Positions 16,884 through 26,099 of a stretch of DNA of 46,275 nucleotides are shown here, one piece after another. Both the position numbers and the translations under genes were made by a program. The first letter of the stretch is position 1. Every line of letters begins with the position of its first letter. Below the pieces are notes generated by a model. The model ran no database searches. It saw only the letters and a program-made list of their open reading frames with translations, and had not been told where the DNA came from. Source of the stretch: a virus (taxonomy: Duplodnaviria > Caudoviricetes); the IMG/VR virus record IMGVR_UViG_3300010398_000005, positions 1 to 46,275 of that record; one strand, 5' to 3'.

Positions 16884-18362
16884 ATGCCAGGGTTTCTGAC
16901 CAAGGCCCGTCAGGAGACGGGCGCCGACAAGCCGAAGTTCGGCGGCGGGGGGTCGTGGCTCGACATCGATGCCATGGTCGCCCGCGAGGTGGTGTTCGGT
17001 ATCACCAATATCGAGGCCGACGACGAGAACCAGTACAACGGCACCCCGCGCCCGCGCTGGATTCTCGACATCATCCCCTGGTACGAGGGCGACCTGCTGC
17101 CCGGGGCTGCGCAGGACGAGCGCGGTCGACCGGTGATGCTGGAGGCGGGCCGGATCGGGCTCGCGTACCACCAGAGCCGCGACCCGCTGATGAACCAGCT
17201 CGCCGACACGCTGGACGAGCTGAGCGACGAGGCCACGGACGAGATCGGCGCCGCGGTGCTGGTCAAGATCCGGGTCCCCGGCGGCAAGGGCGGCAAGTAC
17301 ACCGACCTGTGCGAGTGGGACGAGGAGAAGAACTGCCCGATCCTGAGCGAGGGCACCGAGGCGGCGCCCGACGAGGAGGACGAGCCCCGGCGGCCGAGCG
17401 GTCGTCAGGCCCCGGCCCGCGGCGGTCGCCAGCAGCAGGGCGGCCGGCAGCGCCAGCAGGCGCAGGCCGAGCCCGAGCCGGAGAATGAGCCCGACCCCCC
17501 GGCGCGGGGCAGGGGCAGGACCCGGTCGAACGGTGGCTCCGAAGCCGCGACGACGACTGGCTCCGCACGTTCGGGTGGTCGGTCGAGCGGATCGACCGGG
17601 AGTTCGGGGGGTTTCGCGGGCGCCAGCGGGGCTGAGAGCGACGGCCAGCAGGCCGTTCCCGCGCTGGCAGGCGACGTCGTCAGCGCCGCCGACCTGAAGC
17701 TGGTCTCCGACGTCGTGGGCGGGGACCCGTACACCGAGAGCGAGCTGGCCGAGGAGTACGACCTGCCCGAGGGCAAGGCGTTCCCGGCCATCAAGGTGTG
17801 GCTCTCGGACCACGGCATCGATGACTACCCGCCCGGCCGGGGCAAGATCAAGCCGCGCTACCGCGACGCGTACAGCATCGCCCTGCGCTGCTGGATGGAC
17901 GCCACCGGCCGGAACGCGGACGGCAGCCCGTACGAGGGCGAGGCCGCGAGCCAGGTCACCGACGCGGCGTCGGCGACCAGCCCCAACCCCGCGGTGCGCG
18001 AGGGTCGCGTGACCCCGAGCGGGGCCGAGCACGTCCGCCAGCGCAAGGTGCGCGAGGCGGCCGTCCCGGAGAACGCGCACGAGGCGGATCAGCGGATGCG
18101 GCCCGAGGCGGCGCCGGTGCGCCCCGAGGACAAGCAGGCGTGGATGCCGCCCGACCAGCGCGAGCGCGGGCCGCAGCCCGCCAGCGAGCACGTGTACGAG
18201 CCCAACGACGTCGGCGACTCGATCGACCCGTGCCCGGGGTGCGGGGTGGTCGTGACCGGCCGGGCGTACCCGAACGGTGCGGGCTCGTATGGCATCGTCC
18301 ACGAGTGCCCGACCAGCGGCCACCCGATGCCGCTCCAGGCGCACAACATCAGGAAGGGGTAG
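16884..18362 (+). CDS. Multidomain protein with Lsr2-like DNA-binding domain and C-terminal Zn ribbon
   Basis: AIKVWLSDHG..GRGKIKPRYRDAY; CPGC..HEC; GAGGAG RBS. Confidence 0.65.
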   Translation: MPGFLTKARQETGADKPKFGGGGSWLDIDAMVAREVVFGITNIEADDENQYNGTPRPRWILDIIPWYEGDLLPGAAQDERGRPVMLEAGRIGLAYHQSRDPLMNQLADTLDELSDEATDEIGAAVLVKIRVPGGKGGKYTDLCEWDEEKNCPILSEGTEAAPDEEDEPRRPSGRQAPARGGRQQQGGRQRQQAQAEPEPENEPDPPARGRGRTRSNGGSEAATTTGSARSGGRSSGSTGSSGGFAGASGAESDGQQAVPALAGDVVSAADLKLVSDVVGGDPYTESELAEEYDLPEGKAFPAIKVWLSDHGIDDYPPGRGKIKPRYRDAYSIALRCWMDATGRNADGSPYEGEAASQVTDAASATSPNPAVREGRVTPSGAEHVRQRKVREAAVPENAHEADQRMRPEAAPVRPEDKQAWMPPDQRERGPQPASEHVYEPNDVGDSIDPCPGCGVVVTGRAYPNGAGSYGIVHECPTSGHPMPLQAHNIRKG

Positions 18363-18364
18363 GT

Positions 18365-18712
18365 ATGGCCACCAACGACGAGACGCCGAGCACCGCGCCG
18401 ACCGGCGGCAACGAGCCGATGGAGACCGTGGCCGCCGACGTGCCGGCGAAGCACACCGCCGACGAGGAGCTGGGGAAGCGGTACGCGTACCACAGCCCCA
18501 GCGGCGAGGCGGTGCAGCGGCACGACACGCTCCGCAGCGAGTTCCTGTGGTTCGCGCGGTTCCTGAACAACGCGCTGCCCGAGGGCCGCAGCAAGGCCCT
18601 GGCGCACACCGCGCTGGAGGAGGCGTCGATGCACGCGCACGCGTCGATCGCCCGGGAGCCCAGCCTGCACGACCAGGCGGCGCCGTGCCTGCACAACCAG
18701 GCGGCGCCGTAG
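18365..18712 (+). CDS. Acb2/Tad1-like helical hairpin protein (putative nucleotide-signal sponge)
   Basis: YAYHSP...LPEGRSKALAHTALEEASMHAHASIAR. Confidence 0.6.
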   Translation: MATNDETPSTAPTGGNEPMETVAADVPAKHTADEELGKRYAYHSPSGEAVQRHDTLRSEFLWFARFLNNALPEGRSKALAHTALEEASMHAHASIAREPSLHDQAAPCLHNQAAP

Positions 18713-18825
18713 TGCCGACCTGCAGCGTGTGCGGTCAGTTCTACCCCGAGGCGACGCAGCATCCGTGCCCCGGGCCGCCGACCCCACCGCCCCAGCCGGC
18801 CCCCAAGCCGGAACCGAAGAAGTAG
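18712..18825 (+). CDS. Zn-binding Pro-rich micro-protein (37 aa)
   Basis: MPTCSVCGQFY..HPC; TAGTG coupling. Confidence 0.5.
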   Translation: MPTCSVCGQFYPEATQHPCPGPPTPPPQPAPKPEPKK

Positions 18826-18896
18826 ACCACGCCACCACGGGAACCTCCGGGGCCGGGCGACGTGTCCGGCCCCCTTCCGTCAGTACGAGGAGCGAA

Positions 18897-19085
18897 ATGG
18901 ACGAGATCAAGGTCGGCGATAGGATCAAGACCGAAGGCATGCCGGACGAGCTGGCCGCCGAGGTGTTGGAAATCGTGCCCTGCGACGAAGGGCTGGGCAG
19001 CCATCCGGCGTACCGCATCAAGGACCCCGGGAGCGGCGAGGACGACGTGGTGTGCTCGTACCAGGACGGCCTGGTCAAGGCGTGA
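18897..19085 (+). CDS. Small SH3/KOW-like protein (62 aa)
   Basis: GAGGAG RBS; IKVGDRIK. Confidence 0.65.
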   Translation: MDEIKVGDRIKTEGMPDELAAEVLEIVPCDEGLGSHPAYRIKDPGSGEDDVVCSYQDGLVKA

Positions 19086-20140
19086 CTCAGCGGGCGCGGA
19101 GACACTTCCTGAAGCAGGCCCTGCTCGACGGCCTGCGGGCGCTCGACGTGCCCGAGCTGCTGAAGCTCCAGATCGAGCACAACAGCGTCGAGGGCGAGTG
19201 GGAGACCGGCGTGGTGAGCCCGTCGCTGGTCGGGCTCGACTGCCGGCTGGCCCGCTTGAAGAAGTTCCTGGGTCATGACCCCCAGCCGGGGTTCAAGCAC
19301 ATGGGCGTGCGCCAGGGCTTCCCGGACCCGAACAGCAAGATCAACATGCTTCGGGGCTTCAACTTCGAGGGCATCGCGGTCGCCGCCCTGAAGCACGAGC
19401 TGGGGTCGGCGCTGATCGGCTGCGCGCCCAGCCTGCTGTTCCGCTGGCGCTACCAGGGCGACGACCCGCTGCTCTCGATGTGGGTGCGCCGGGTCAAGGT
19501 CAAGGCCCGCGGCTCGTACAACCCGGACGGCAGTCGGGCCGACGAGCTGGAGAACGGTATGGTCTTCGCCGGCCACCCGGACGTGATGGTCCTCGACCCC
19601 GACCACGACAACGAGATCGCGCTGGTACAGGTGAAGTGCCCGCGGATCTCGAAGTGCGAGCGGATCAAGCGGATGGGGCCGAGCGAGGCCCTGCAGAACT
19701 ACCGCGCGCAGATGGTCACCGAGATGTACATCGGTCGCAAGATGGGCTGGCCGATCGGCCGGAGCTACCTGCTCGTGGGAACCATGGAGGGCAACTTCAC
19801 CGGGGCCAAGCACGGCAGCGACCCGTACCACGACGTGATCGAGCTGCCGTGGTCGGAGTCGATGCGGACCATCCCCGAGGAGATCGCCCGCCAGCTCGTA
19901 CAGGACTCGGACACGGCCCGCATCAGCGGTGAGATCCCGACCCCGTACAAGCAGTCGGCGTGGGACTCGTACCCGTGCTCGTACTGCAACTACAGCCGGC
20001 TGGGCAACTTCGAGACGATCGGCTGCGACGAGCACCAGCAATGGGAGCAGTACGAGCGGCACGGCACCACGCGGCTGACCGAGGAGCCGCCCGAGCAGTC
20101 GAACGTGGTGAGCCTGCGGCGGCGCCGGAGGGCGGGGTGA
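19082..20140 (+). CDS. Cas4-like PD-(D/E)XK exonuclease
   Basis: GHPD..LVQVK, Q...Y, N-terminal Cys plus CSYC...C. Confidence 0.7.
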   Translation: MTQRARRHFLKQALLDGLRALDVPELLKLQIEHNSVEGEWETGVVSPSLVGLDCRLARLKKFLGHDPQPGFKHMGVRQGFPDPNSKINMLRGFNFEGIAVAALKHELGSALIGCAPSLLFRWRYQGDDPLLSMWVRRVKVKARGSYNPDGSRADELENGMVFAGHPDVMVLDPDHDNEIALVQVKCPRISKCERIKRMGPSEALQNYRAQMVTEMYIGRKMGWPIGRSYLLVGTMEGNFTGAKHGSDPYHDVIELPWSESMRTIPEEIARQLVQDSDTARISGEIPTPYKQSAWDSYPCSYCNYSRLGNFETIGCDEHQQWEQYERHGTTRLTEEPPEQSNVVSLRRRRRAG

Positions 20141-20565
20141 TGTTCATGCATCGGGGGCTGAGCGAACTCGACCTGTTCTACAAGATCCCGCTGGGGCCGC
20201 TGCCCCGCGACGCGACGCAGATCCTGGTCGGGCTGCCCCACGCTCTCTCCATCGACCTCGGCTACGTGCTCCAGCGCGGCCCGGCCCGCGAGCTGATCCA
20301 GGTGACGCACGTCAACTTCACTGCCCACATGCCTCCCTTCCCGATGGACGTCACCCGCGGCTTCAACGGCACCGCGATCGAGGACCACCCGGCGGACGGC
20401 TGGCTGGTGGTCGTGACCCCCATGCCGGACTTCCGCACGGCCGAGGAGAAGGCGCGCGACCGCGCCTGGCTGGACCGGACCACAGCCACGTGCGAGACCT
20501 GCGGCGCCCCCGATCAGCTCATCGGCGAGCGCTGCCACTACTGCATCCACGTGGTGCGAGGGTGA
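20140..20565 (+). CDS. Hypothetical protein with C-terminal CxxC..CxxC
   Basis: Coupled ORF. Confidence 0.65.
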   Translation: MFMHRGLSELDLFYKIPLGPLPRDATQILVGLPHALSIDLGYVLQRGPARELIQVTHVNFTAHMPPFPMDVTRGFNGTAIEDHPADGWLVVVTPMPDFRTAEEKARDRAWLDRTTATCETCGAPDQLIGERCHYCIHVVRG

Positions 20566-20654
20566 GGCTGATGCTGGAGCTGGCGGGCTGCTCGACAGTC
20601 GGCGCGTGCGCCGGCTACCTGCTGTTCGCCCTGGCGGTGGGCTGGCGGCCGTGA
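20562..20654 (+). CDS. Hydrophobic micro-protein (30 aa)
   Basis: GTGA overlaps at both ends. Confidence 0.45.
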   Translation: MRLMLELAGCSTVGACAGYLLFALAVGWRP

Positions 20655-20881
20655 AGCCCTGGCGCCGCTACGTTCCGCGCCTGGTGACCCCGATCACCAT
20701 GCGCGAGCTGGAGGCGGGCGACCGCCCCCGCGACTCCCAGGGCCGCGAGCTGCCGTTCGCGCCCGGGGACCTGTACGTCCAGCTCCCGTTCTACACCTAC
20801 GTACTGGGACGCGAGCTGGCAAATGCTTTGTATATGGAGATCGAGAATGGATACGCAGACCACGACGCAGCCCCTGGGTAG
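20651..20881 (+). CDS. Hypothetical protein (76 aa)
   Basis: Coupled ORF, GC3-rich. Confidence 0.6.
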   Translation: MKPWRRYVPRLVTPITMRELEAGDRPRDSQGRELPFAPGDLYVQLPFYTYVLGRELANALYMEIENGYADHDAAPG

Positions 20882-21104
20882 CCGGCTGCTGTTCTCGCGG
20901 TACAAGGGCCGCAACGCGAAGGGTGAGACCGACCAGTGGTGGTCGTTGCGCTGGAGGCCCAGTGGCAACGGCAAGCCGGTGACGCTGTGCAGCTCGTCCA
21001 AGAACAGCCCCGAGGCCGTGCACGACGTGATGGAGGAGCTGTTCGATGACCCGGTCGTGGAAGCTCGACTGACCGACATCATGCGCCGCCACGGGGAGCC
21101 GTAG
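20847..21104 (+). CDS. Hypothetical protein (85 aa)
   Basis: GGAG RBS. Confidence 0.6.
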   Translation: MDTQTTTQPLGSRLLFSRYKGRNAKGETDQWWSLRWRPSGNGKPVTLCSSSKNSPEAVHDVMEELFDDPVVEARLTDIMRRHGEP

Positions 21105-21320
21105 GTGGTCATCATCCACGTGTACGTCCACTTCCCGGACGAGCATGACTCCGAGCGCGAGCTGCCCGCAGGGTCGTGGCCGCCGGCGATCAGCGAGACC
21201 CTTCACTTCTCGGGGGCGAACTACGAGGGGCTGGAAGGGCCGTGGTTCGTCTCCCGGCGCCACATGGAGTGGCACGGCCAGTACGTGCAGCAGATCCACT
21301 GCTGGCTGGAGCCGGTGTAG
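21105..21320 (+). CDS. Hypothetical protein (71 aa)
   Basis: Abuts both neighbours. Confidence 0.6.
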   Translation: MVIIHVYVHFPDEHDSERELPAGSWPPAISETLHFSGANYEGLEGPWFVSRRHMEWHGQYVQQIHCWLEPV

Positions 21321-21778
21321 TGCCGCTCCAGGACTACCTGGCCCGCTGCCCGCGCTGCCACGCGACCTGCCTGCTCGTGTACGGCGAGGCGTCGTATCGT
21401 AACCTGGCGCTGTTCGAGGCGGTGCCGTGGTCGCCGCTGGACGAGATCCCCGACCGTGAGTTCGGCACCGACCGGGCGCTCCAGCAGTGGCGCAACCAGC
21501 TCCCGTACAAGCTCGCGATCTCCTACATCGACTTCGACCGCGGTACCTGGCAGCTCGCGATGGTGCGCTCGAACGAGAAGCTGCGGGTGGGACAGCCGCT
21601 CTGGCGGCCCCATACCTGCCCGCTGGAGGCGAGCGATGGAGTGGAGCCGAAGAAGACGGACCTGGTACCGGATCTGCCGGTTCTGGCGCGAGACCGAGGA
21701 GCGGAGCGGGGAGCTGTGGCGAACGGTCGCCGCCGTGCTCGCCATACTCGCCTGGGCCGCGCTGATTCTGTGGGGTAG
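21320..21778 (+). CDS. Hypothetical Zn-binding protein
   Basis: CPRC...HTC. Confidence 0.6.
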   Translation: MPLQDYLARCPRCHATCLLVYGEASYRNLALFEAVPWSPLDEIPDREFGTDRALQQWRNQLPYKLAISYIDFDRGTWQLAMVRSNEKLRVGQPLWRPHTCPLEASDGVEPKKTDLVPDLPVLARDRGAERGAVANGRRRARHTRLGRADSVG

Positions 21779-21794
21779 ATGGCTATGGACGTAG
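21636..21794 (+). CDS. Small membrane protein (52 aa), overlapping
   Basis: GGAGG RBS, C-terminal hydrophobic helix. Confidence 0.45.
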   Translation: MEWSRRRRTWYRICRFWRETEERSGELWRTVAAVLAILAWAALILWGRWLWT

Positions 21795-22201
21795 AACAGG
21801 TACTGACCGCGATGGACGCGGCGTCGCGCGAGCCCTACCTGGACGGCTGGAAGGGCGAGGTCATCGGCGAGTGGCTGGGAGTGCTGCGAACGGCGCTGGG
21901 ACGCTGGCCGCTGCCCGGGGCCGTGCTCGTCTCCGGCGAGGGTGAGGCCGAGCAGTTCCCGCTCAGCTCGGGCCTGCGCCAGGAGCTGCTGCGCGACCTG
22001 CACGTCAAGGCCATGCTGGACGTCGATCACGAGGGGGGCGGGACCATCCGGTTCGAGTACGGGCACACGCCTGGTCAGCACCGCCTGCAGGCCCTGATCC
22101 AGCTCATGGGCGCGATCGGGACTCGTGTCGAGCTGGCGATCGGCTCGACGGCCTACATCCGGATGCTGCGCGGCATCGTGATCGAGCGGGAGGGGCGGTG
22201 A
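21779..22201 (+). CDS. Hypothetical protein (140 aa)
   Basis: GC3-rich ORF. Confidence 0.65.
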   Translation: MAMDVEQVLTAMDAASREPYLDGWKGEVIGEWLGVLRTALGRWPLPGAVLVSGEGEAEQFPLSSGLRQELLRDLHVKAMLDVDHEGGGTIRFEYGHTPGQHRLQALIQLMGAIGTRVELAIGSTAYIRMLRGIVIEREGR

Positions 22202-22386
22202 GCTACTGCACGTGCGCCAGCCTGCCCGCCTACGCGCGGCCGTGCCCGGACTGCCGCGACGCGCAGGAGGCGCCGACTAGGCCGCTGCCCCGCGACCCCG
22301 AGCCCCGCAACTTCATGCCCGGCTGCACGTGCCCCGGCGTGGCCAAGGGCACCGCGTGCCCGCTCTGCGGTCGGGTGAAGGGATGA
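22198..22386 (+). CDS. Cys-rich micro-protein (62 aa)
   Basis: Two CxC..CxxC units. Confidence 0.6.
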   Translation: MSYCTCASLPAYARPCPDCRDAQEAPTRPLPRDPEPRNFMPGCTCPGVAKGTACPLCGRVKG

Positions 22387-22505
22387 CCCTGCACGTGTTC
22401 TACTGCCTGCGCTGCAATTGCGGCTGGGTATCGCGCGTGATCGAGTTCATGTGCCCACTGTGCAAGAAGACGGATCTCTTCGTGGGGCTGGTGCGCTGGG
22501 AGTGA
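22383..22505 (+). CDS. Zn-ribbon micro-protein (40 aa)
   Basis: ATGA overlap; CLRC..CPLC. Confidence 0.6.
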   Translation: MTLHVFYCLRCNCGWVSRVIEFMCPLCKKTDLFVGLVRWE

Positions 22506-22513
22506 GGCGAGCG

Positions 22514-22957
22514 ATGGAGCTGACCGTGTGGGCGAAGCCCGAGCCCCAGCGCCGGGCTCGCCACACGGTGAAGGGCAAGATCCACCGAACGTACCCGCAC
22601 CCGCGGGACGTCGTGTACCGCGTGTTCATCCGCGAGGCGTACATCGCGGAGTACGGCGAGGAGGTGATGTTCCCGAAGGGCGTGACGCTGGCGGCGTCGC
22701 TGATCGCACACGTGCCGTGCCCGGCCTCGATCAGCATGCTGCGCCGCCGCGAGGGCCGGGCCGGCTGGCCCCAGGGTCGCGACGGCGACCTGGACAACAT
22801 CGAGAAGGCGGTATGGGACGCGCTCCAGGGCTACGCGTTCTGGAACGACAAGCAGATCGTGATGCACCGCGAGCCGTACATGGTGATGTACGCCTACGAC
22901 CTGCGTACTGGAGAGGACCGACCGCCGCACCTGTGGATTCGATTGGAGGAGATGTAG
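22514..22957 (+). CDS. rusA: RusA-like Holliday junction resolvase
   Basis: PEPQRRAR; DLDNIEKAVWDALQG..WNDKQI. Confidence 0.85.
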   Translation: MELTVWAKPEPQRRARHTVKGKIHRTYPHPRDVVYRVFIREAYIAEYGEEVMFPKGVTLAASLIAHVPCPASISMLRRREGRAGWPQGRDGDLDNIEKAVWDALQGYAFWNDKQIVMHREPYMVMYAYDLRTGEDRPPHLWIRLEEM

Positions 22958-23353
22958 ATGGAAGACGTCAGCAAGATCCCCGCCGGGGCAGCGATGTCAG
23001 AAGGAGACGCCAACACCGTCCCAGATACCAACCCGAACGAGTGCATCTTCTGCCTCACGGTCATCGACTGGCTGTACGAGGCATGGCCCGAGGACAAGCT
23101 GGACGAGCGGCCGGACTTCCGGCCCCGCGAGATCAAGCCCATGGTCCGCATCCACAACGACCAGGCCAACCCGATGCCGTTCTGCGAGGCGTGCGGGCAC
23201 GTCTTCATGGCCATGCTGGGCCAGTACCACCGCGAGCGCCAGGAGCGCGAGGGCAAGGAGGCCACGCCGCTCAGGGCGCGTGTCGAGCAGCAGATCGTGA
23301 CGCCGGCCAAGACCATCCTGAAGCCGGGTGATCCGGGGTTCAACGTTCGATGA
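22958..23353 (+). CDS. Hypothetical protein, CxxC..CxxC (131 aa)
   Basis: GGAG RBS. Confidence 0.7.
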   Translation: MEDVSKIPAGAAMSEGDANTVPDTNPNECIFCLTVIDWLYEAWPEDKLDERPDFRPREIKPMVRIHNDQANPMPFCEACGHVFMAMLGQYHRERQEREGKEATPLRARVEQQIVTPAKTILKPGDPGFNVR

Positions 23354-23556
23354 AGACCGACTTGTTTCTCACCCAGCACCCGGATTTCGCGAGGCCGCAG
23401 TGTGGTGCATCGGTCTACCTCCCTCTCCAGCACCAGGGCGAGAAAGACATCTTCGTGTTCTGTCAGAACCCCCCGCACAGAGGACACCACTGTTACGTCG
23501 CGGCCGACGACAGGGCGCGTCCAATCCGCATCACCTGGGACCCTGACCCCGAGTGA
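23350..23556 (+). CDS. Hypothetical protein (68 aa)
   Basis: ATGA overlap; C..C..H..HH. Confidence 0.6.
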   Translation: MKTDLFLTQHPDFARPQCGASVYLPLQHQGEKDIFVFCQNPPHRGHHCYVAADDRARPIRITWDPDPE

Positions 23557-23840
23557 GCCGGTACGGGCAGAAGAACGAGCTGACGTGGGACCTGCGCGAG
23601 GACGACGACAGGCGCCGGCGCCGAGTCGTGAAGCTGCGGCTGGTGTATGCGCTGGTGGACCCCACCGGGTACGATGCACGGAAGCTGGAGAACACCCCCG
23701 GCGAGACGCGGGCCATGTGGAGGATCTTGACCGGTGCCCGTGAACAAGCGGCCCATCATCCCCGAGATCGCGTGGCCGACCATGTGTCCGGTCGGCCGCC
23801 GGCTCATGATGCAGAACGAGTCGCTGCTGGACTACCGTGA
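23553..23840 (+). CDS. Hypothetical protein (95 aa)
   Basis: GTGA overlap; 3' part overlaps the next ORF. Confidence 0.5.
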   Translation: MSRYGQKNELTWDLREDDDRRRRRVVKLRLVYALVDPTGYDARKLENTPGETRAMWRILTGAREQAAHHPRDRVADHVSGRPPAHDAERVAAGLP

Positions 23841-24262
23841 CAACTCGAAGTCGTACAATCGGAAGCAAGAGATCGAGGAGGAAAGGCGCCTCAACCTCGC
23901 CGAACTCGACGCCCACTACGTCGTCTGCGGCACCTGTATCGACCACGCCGCCCGCGCCCGACAGCGACTCCGCACGCGTTCTCGAACTGCTCGGGCGCTG
24001 TCACGACCTCGCCCGCGGCGACGCGGCAGCGAGGGAGCTGGAGCTGCTGACCAGCCGGGCCTTCTTCGACCACCTGGCCGGGCGGCCCGTGGACCCGAGG
24101 ATCACCCAACGGTTCAGGCAGCAGTCGAGCGGCTGGAGGGTACCGTGGTCTCGGTCCGAGCCCTCGAACCAGGTACCAGAACAGGTACTTTCCCCGATGC
24201 GCCAGGGCGACGACGTCACGTACGTCCGGCTCGCCCGCGGGCGTAGCCTGCGCAGGGGGTAG
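23734..24262 (+). CDS. Hypothetical protein(s) with an apparent frame switch near 23950
   Basis: GC3-rich frame changes from the 23734 ORF to the 23837 ORF. Confidence 0.4.
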
Positions 24263-24267
24263 GAAGG

Positions 24268-24299
24268 AAGAAGCCCCGGGCGAGGCGCCCGGGGCTTCC
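24268..24299. terminator. Hairpin terminator between the convergent arms
   Basis: GAAGCCCCGGGCG-AGG-CGCCCGGGGCTTC. Confidence 0.75.
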
Positions 24300-24317
24300 G
24301 ACTGAAAGGAGGAGTGG

Positions 24318-24521
24318 TCAGGGGGTCGGGGACTGCTTCCCGGCAGCGTGAGCCCCGCCGGCGACCACGGCCGCGATGCCAGCCGTGACCAGCTCGCCTG
24401 AGTAGGCCGAGGGGAAGACCACCCCCAGCCCGCAGAGCACGACGCCAGCAGCGGCGATGGCTGCGTTCGGCACCCACCACCAGGGGTTGCTGGAGCCAGT
24501 ATCGCGCTGTTCGCCGCCCAT
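24318..24521 (-). CDS. Putative holin (67 aa, two hydrophobic segments)
   Basis: Coupled to the endolysin. Confidence 0.6.
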   Translation of the reverse strand: MGGEQRDTGSSNPWWWVPNAAIAAAGVVLCGLGVVFPSAYSGELVTAGIAAVVAGGAHAAGKQSPTP

Positions 24522-25660
24522 CACAGCCCCAGCGCGGTGCGCGCGTCGGTGATGGCCTTCTCCGCGGCGTCCAGGGCAGCCCTGGCGGCCGTCAGGTCCG
24601 GCCCCGGCGGCGGGGTCGGAGGAGGCGTGGGCGGGGGCGTGGGGACCGGCGGCGGGACGGGAGGAGGGGTCGGCTGCGGCGGGGGCGGCGCCGTCAGCGA
24701 GTACCAGCGGCCGTGGCCCGCGAGCGCGACCGCCGGCGGGTTGGTCCCGCCGCAGCCCGAGCTGTCGGTCACGGCGTCCTCCACCCACCAGGCGTCCGCC
24801 GGCGCGAGCCGGCCCTGGCTGCCCGAGCCCTGGGGGCCACCGGTCTCGTCCATGACGTACCACGCCCCGTTGACGCGGTTGGCCAAGACCCACTGCGCGT
24901 ACTCGCCCTGGACGGCGGGCTGGACGGGGGTGTTGCCGCGGTACCAGGTCCCGCCGGCCTCGAAGACGGGAGCGTGGCAGTAGCCGTTCAGCTCCACCAC
25001 CTGGTCGGCGGTCTGCCCGTCGAGGTCCACGTACGGCCCCCACCAGTGCTGGGTGGGGTCGGTCGCCTCGGGGCCGGGCTGCGGAGCCGGGGCGCCGGTG
25101 CTCCAACCGCCCCAGGGCGCCCGCACGTCGTTCACGTCGGCGTCGGTGCCGAACTTCGAGCCGTTCTGGTACAGCGCGTTGTGGCTGCTCTGCTGGCCGC
25201 CCGACCAGGCCAGGGTCTGCCAGCCGTAGGCCGCGGTGCCGCTCGCGAAGCAGCGCTCCACGACGTAGAACGAGCCGTAGACGCCGACGCGCGGAGCCCC
25301 CAGGACGGCCGCGCACCCGCGCAGGTAGGCGTCGATCGCCGCCTGCTGCTCGGGCGTGGTGTCGAAGTCCACCGCGAAGTAGATCGGGAGCTGGTCGGGA
25401 AAGCCCAGCTCGCGGGCCATGGCCAGCGCGAAGCTGGCGTCCGCCTGGCCGCCGGCCTCGCCCGAGAGCGCGCGGTCGGCCGCGTCCTCGAAGACCAGGC
25501 CGATGTCGAGCCCGACGCCGTGCAGCTCGTCGCGCTCGGCGGCGGTCAGGTTCTTGCCCGTGGTGTCGTGGCTCAGGTAGCGCATCACGCCGACGTACCC
25601 CGCCTGCTTGATGTTGGCCGCCCCCGGCCGACCCCACGAATAGTCGAGCACCTGGCTCAT
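24521..25660 (-). CDS. Endolysin, DUF1906/Rv2525c-like glycoside hydrolase
   Basis: GVMRYLS, KNLT, IYFAVDFD, GVYG, WQTLAWSGG. Confidence 0.85.
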   Translation of the reverse strand: MSQVLDYSWGRPGAANIKQAGYVGVMRYLSHDTTGKNLTAAERDELHGVGLDIGLVFEDAADRALSGEAGGQADASFALAMARELGFPDQLPIYFAVDFDTTPEQQAAIDAYLRGCAAVLGAPRVGVYGSFYVVERCFASGTAAYGWQTLAWSGGQQSSHNALYQNGSKFGTDADVNDVRAPWGGWSTGAPAPQPGPEATDPTQHWWGPYVDLDGQTADQVVELNGYCHAPVFEAGGTWYRGNTPVQPAVQGEYAQWVLANRVNGAWYVMDETGGPQGSGSQGRLAPADAWWVEDAVTDSSGCGGTNPPAVALAGHGRWYSLTAPPPPQPTPPPVPPPVPTPPPTPPPTPPPGPDLTAARAALDAAEKAITDARTALGL

Positions 25661-25685
25661 GCACACTCCTCCTTTACTGACGAAC

Positions 25686-26099
25686 TTAGTGGTGCCAGAT
25701 GAAGGCTACCACTGCGACCGAGGTCGTCACGCTGGACAGGATCAGGCCCAGGATGGCCACCACCACGCCGACGCGGAGCGAGCGCTGCTGCCACCACTGG
25801 TCGCGCCGCTCATCGACCTTGTGCTTCGCCTCCTCGACCACCTTGTCCACCGCCTTGTCGGCGATGAGCTGGAGCAGGCGGTCGTGCTCCTGCTCAGTGA
25901 ACGACACGATGCCCAGGTCGCGCAGCCGCGACATGGAGATGTCCCGCCAGGCCGTCATGGCGAAGCGAAACTCAGTCAGCATCTCCGCGAGCATCGGGTT
26001 CCCGTTCGACCGGGCTTCCTTAGCTGCGTCATCGATACTACGGTCCAACCGGCGGTCCCACTCCCGCGCAGTATCAGGTGACATTGCGACGACGCTCAC
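25686..26099 (-). CDS. Membrane protein with C-terminal TM helix (lysis-associated?)
   Basis: Hydrophobic C-terminus; upstream of the lysin. Confidence 0.7.
   Translation of the reverse strand: MSVVAMSPDTAREWDRRLDRSIDDAAKEARSNGNPMLAEMLTEFRFAMTAWRDISMSRLRDLGIVSFTEQEHDRLLQLIADKAVDKVVEEAKHKVDERRDQWWQQRSLRVGVVVAILGLILSSVTTSVAVVAFIWHH

Noticed and set aside
18838-18882. GAACCTCC beside a GC hairpin as a second anti-SD RNA
   Set aside because: Only an 8-nt match; more simply a terminator or processing hairpin
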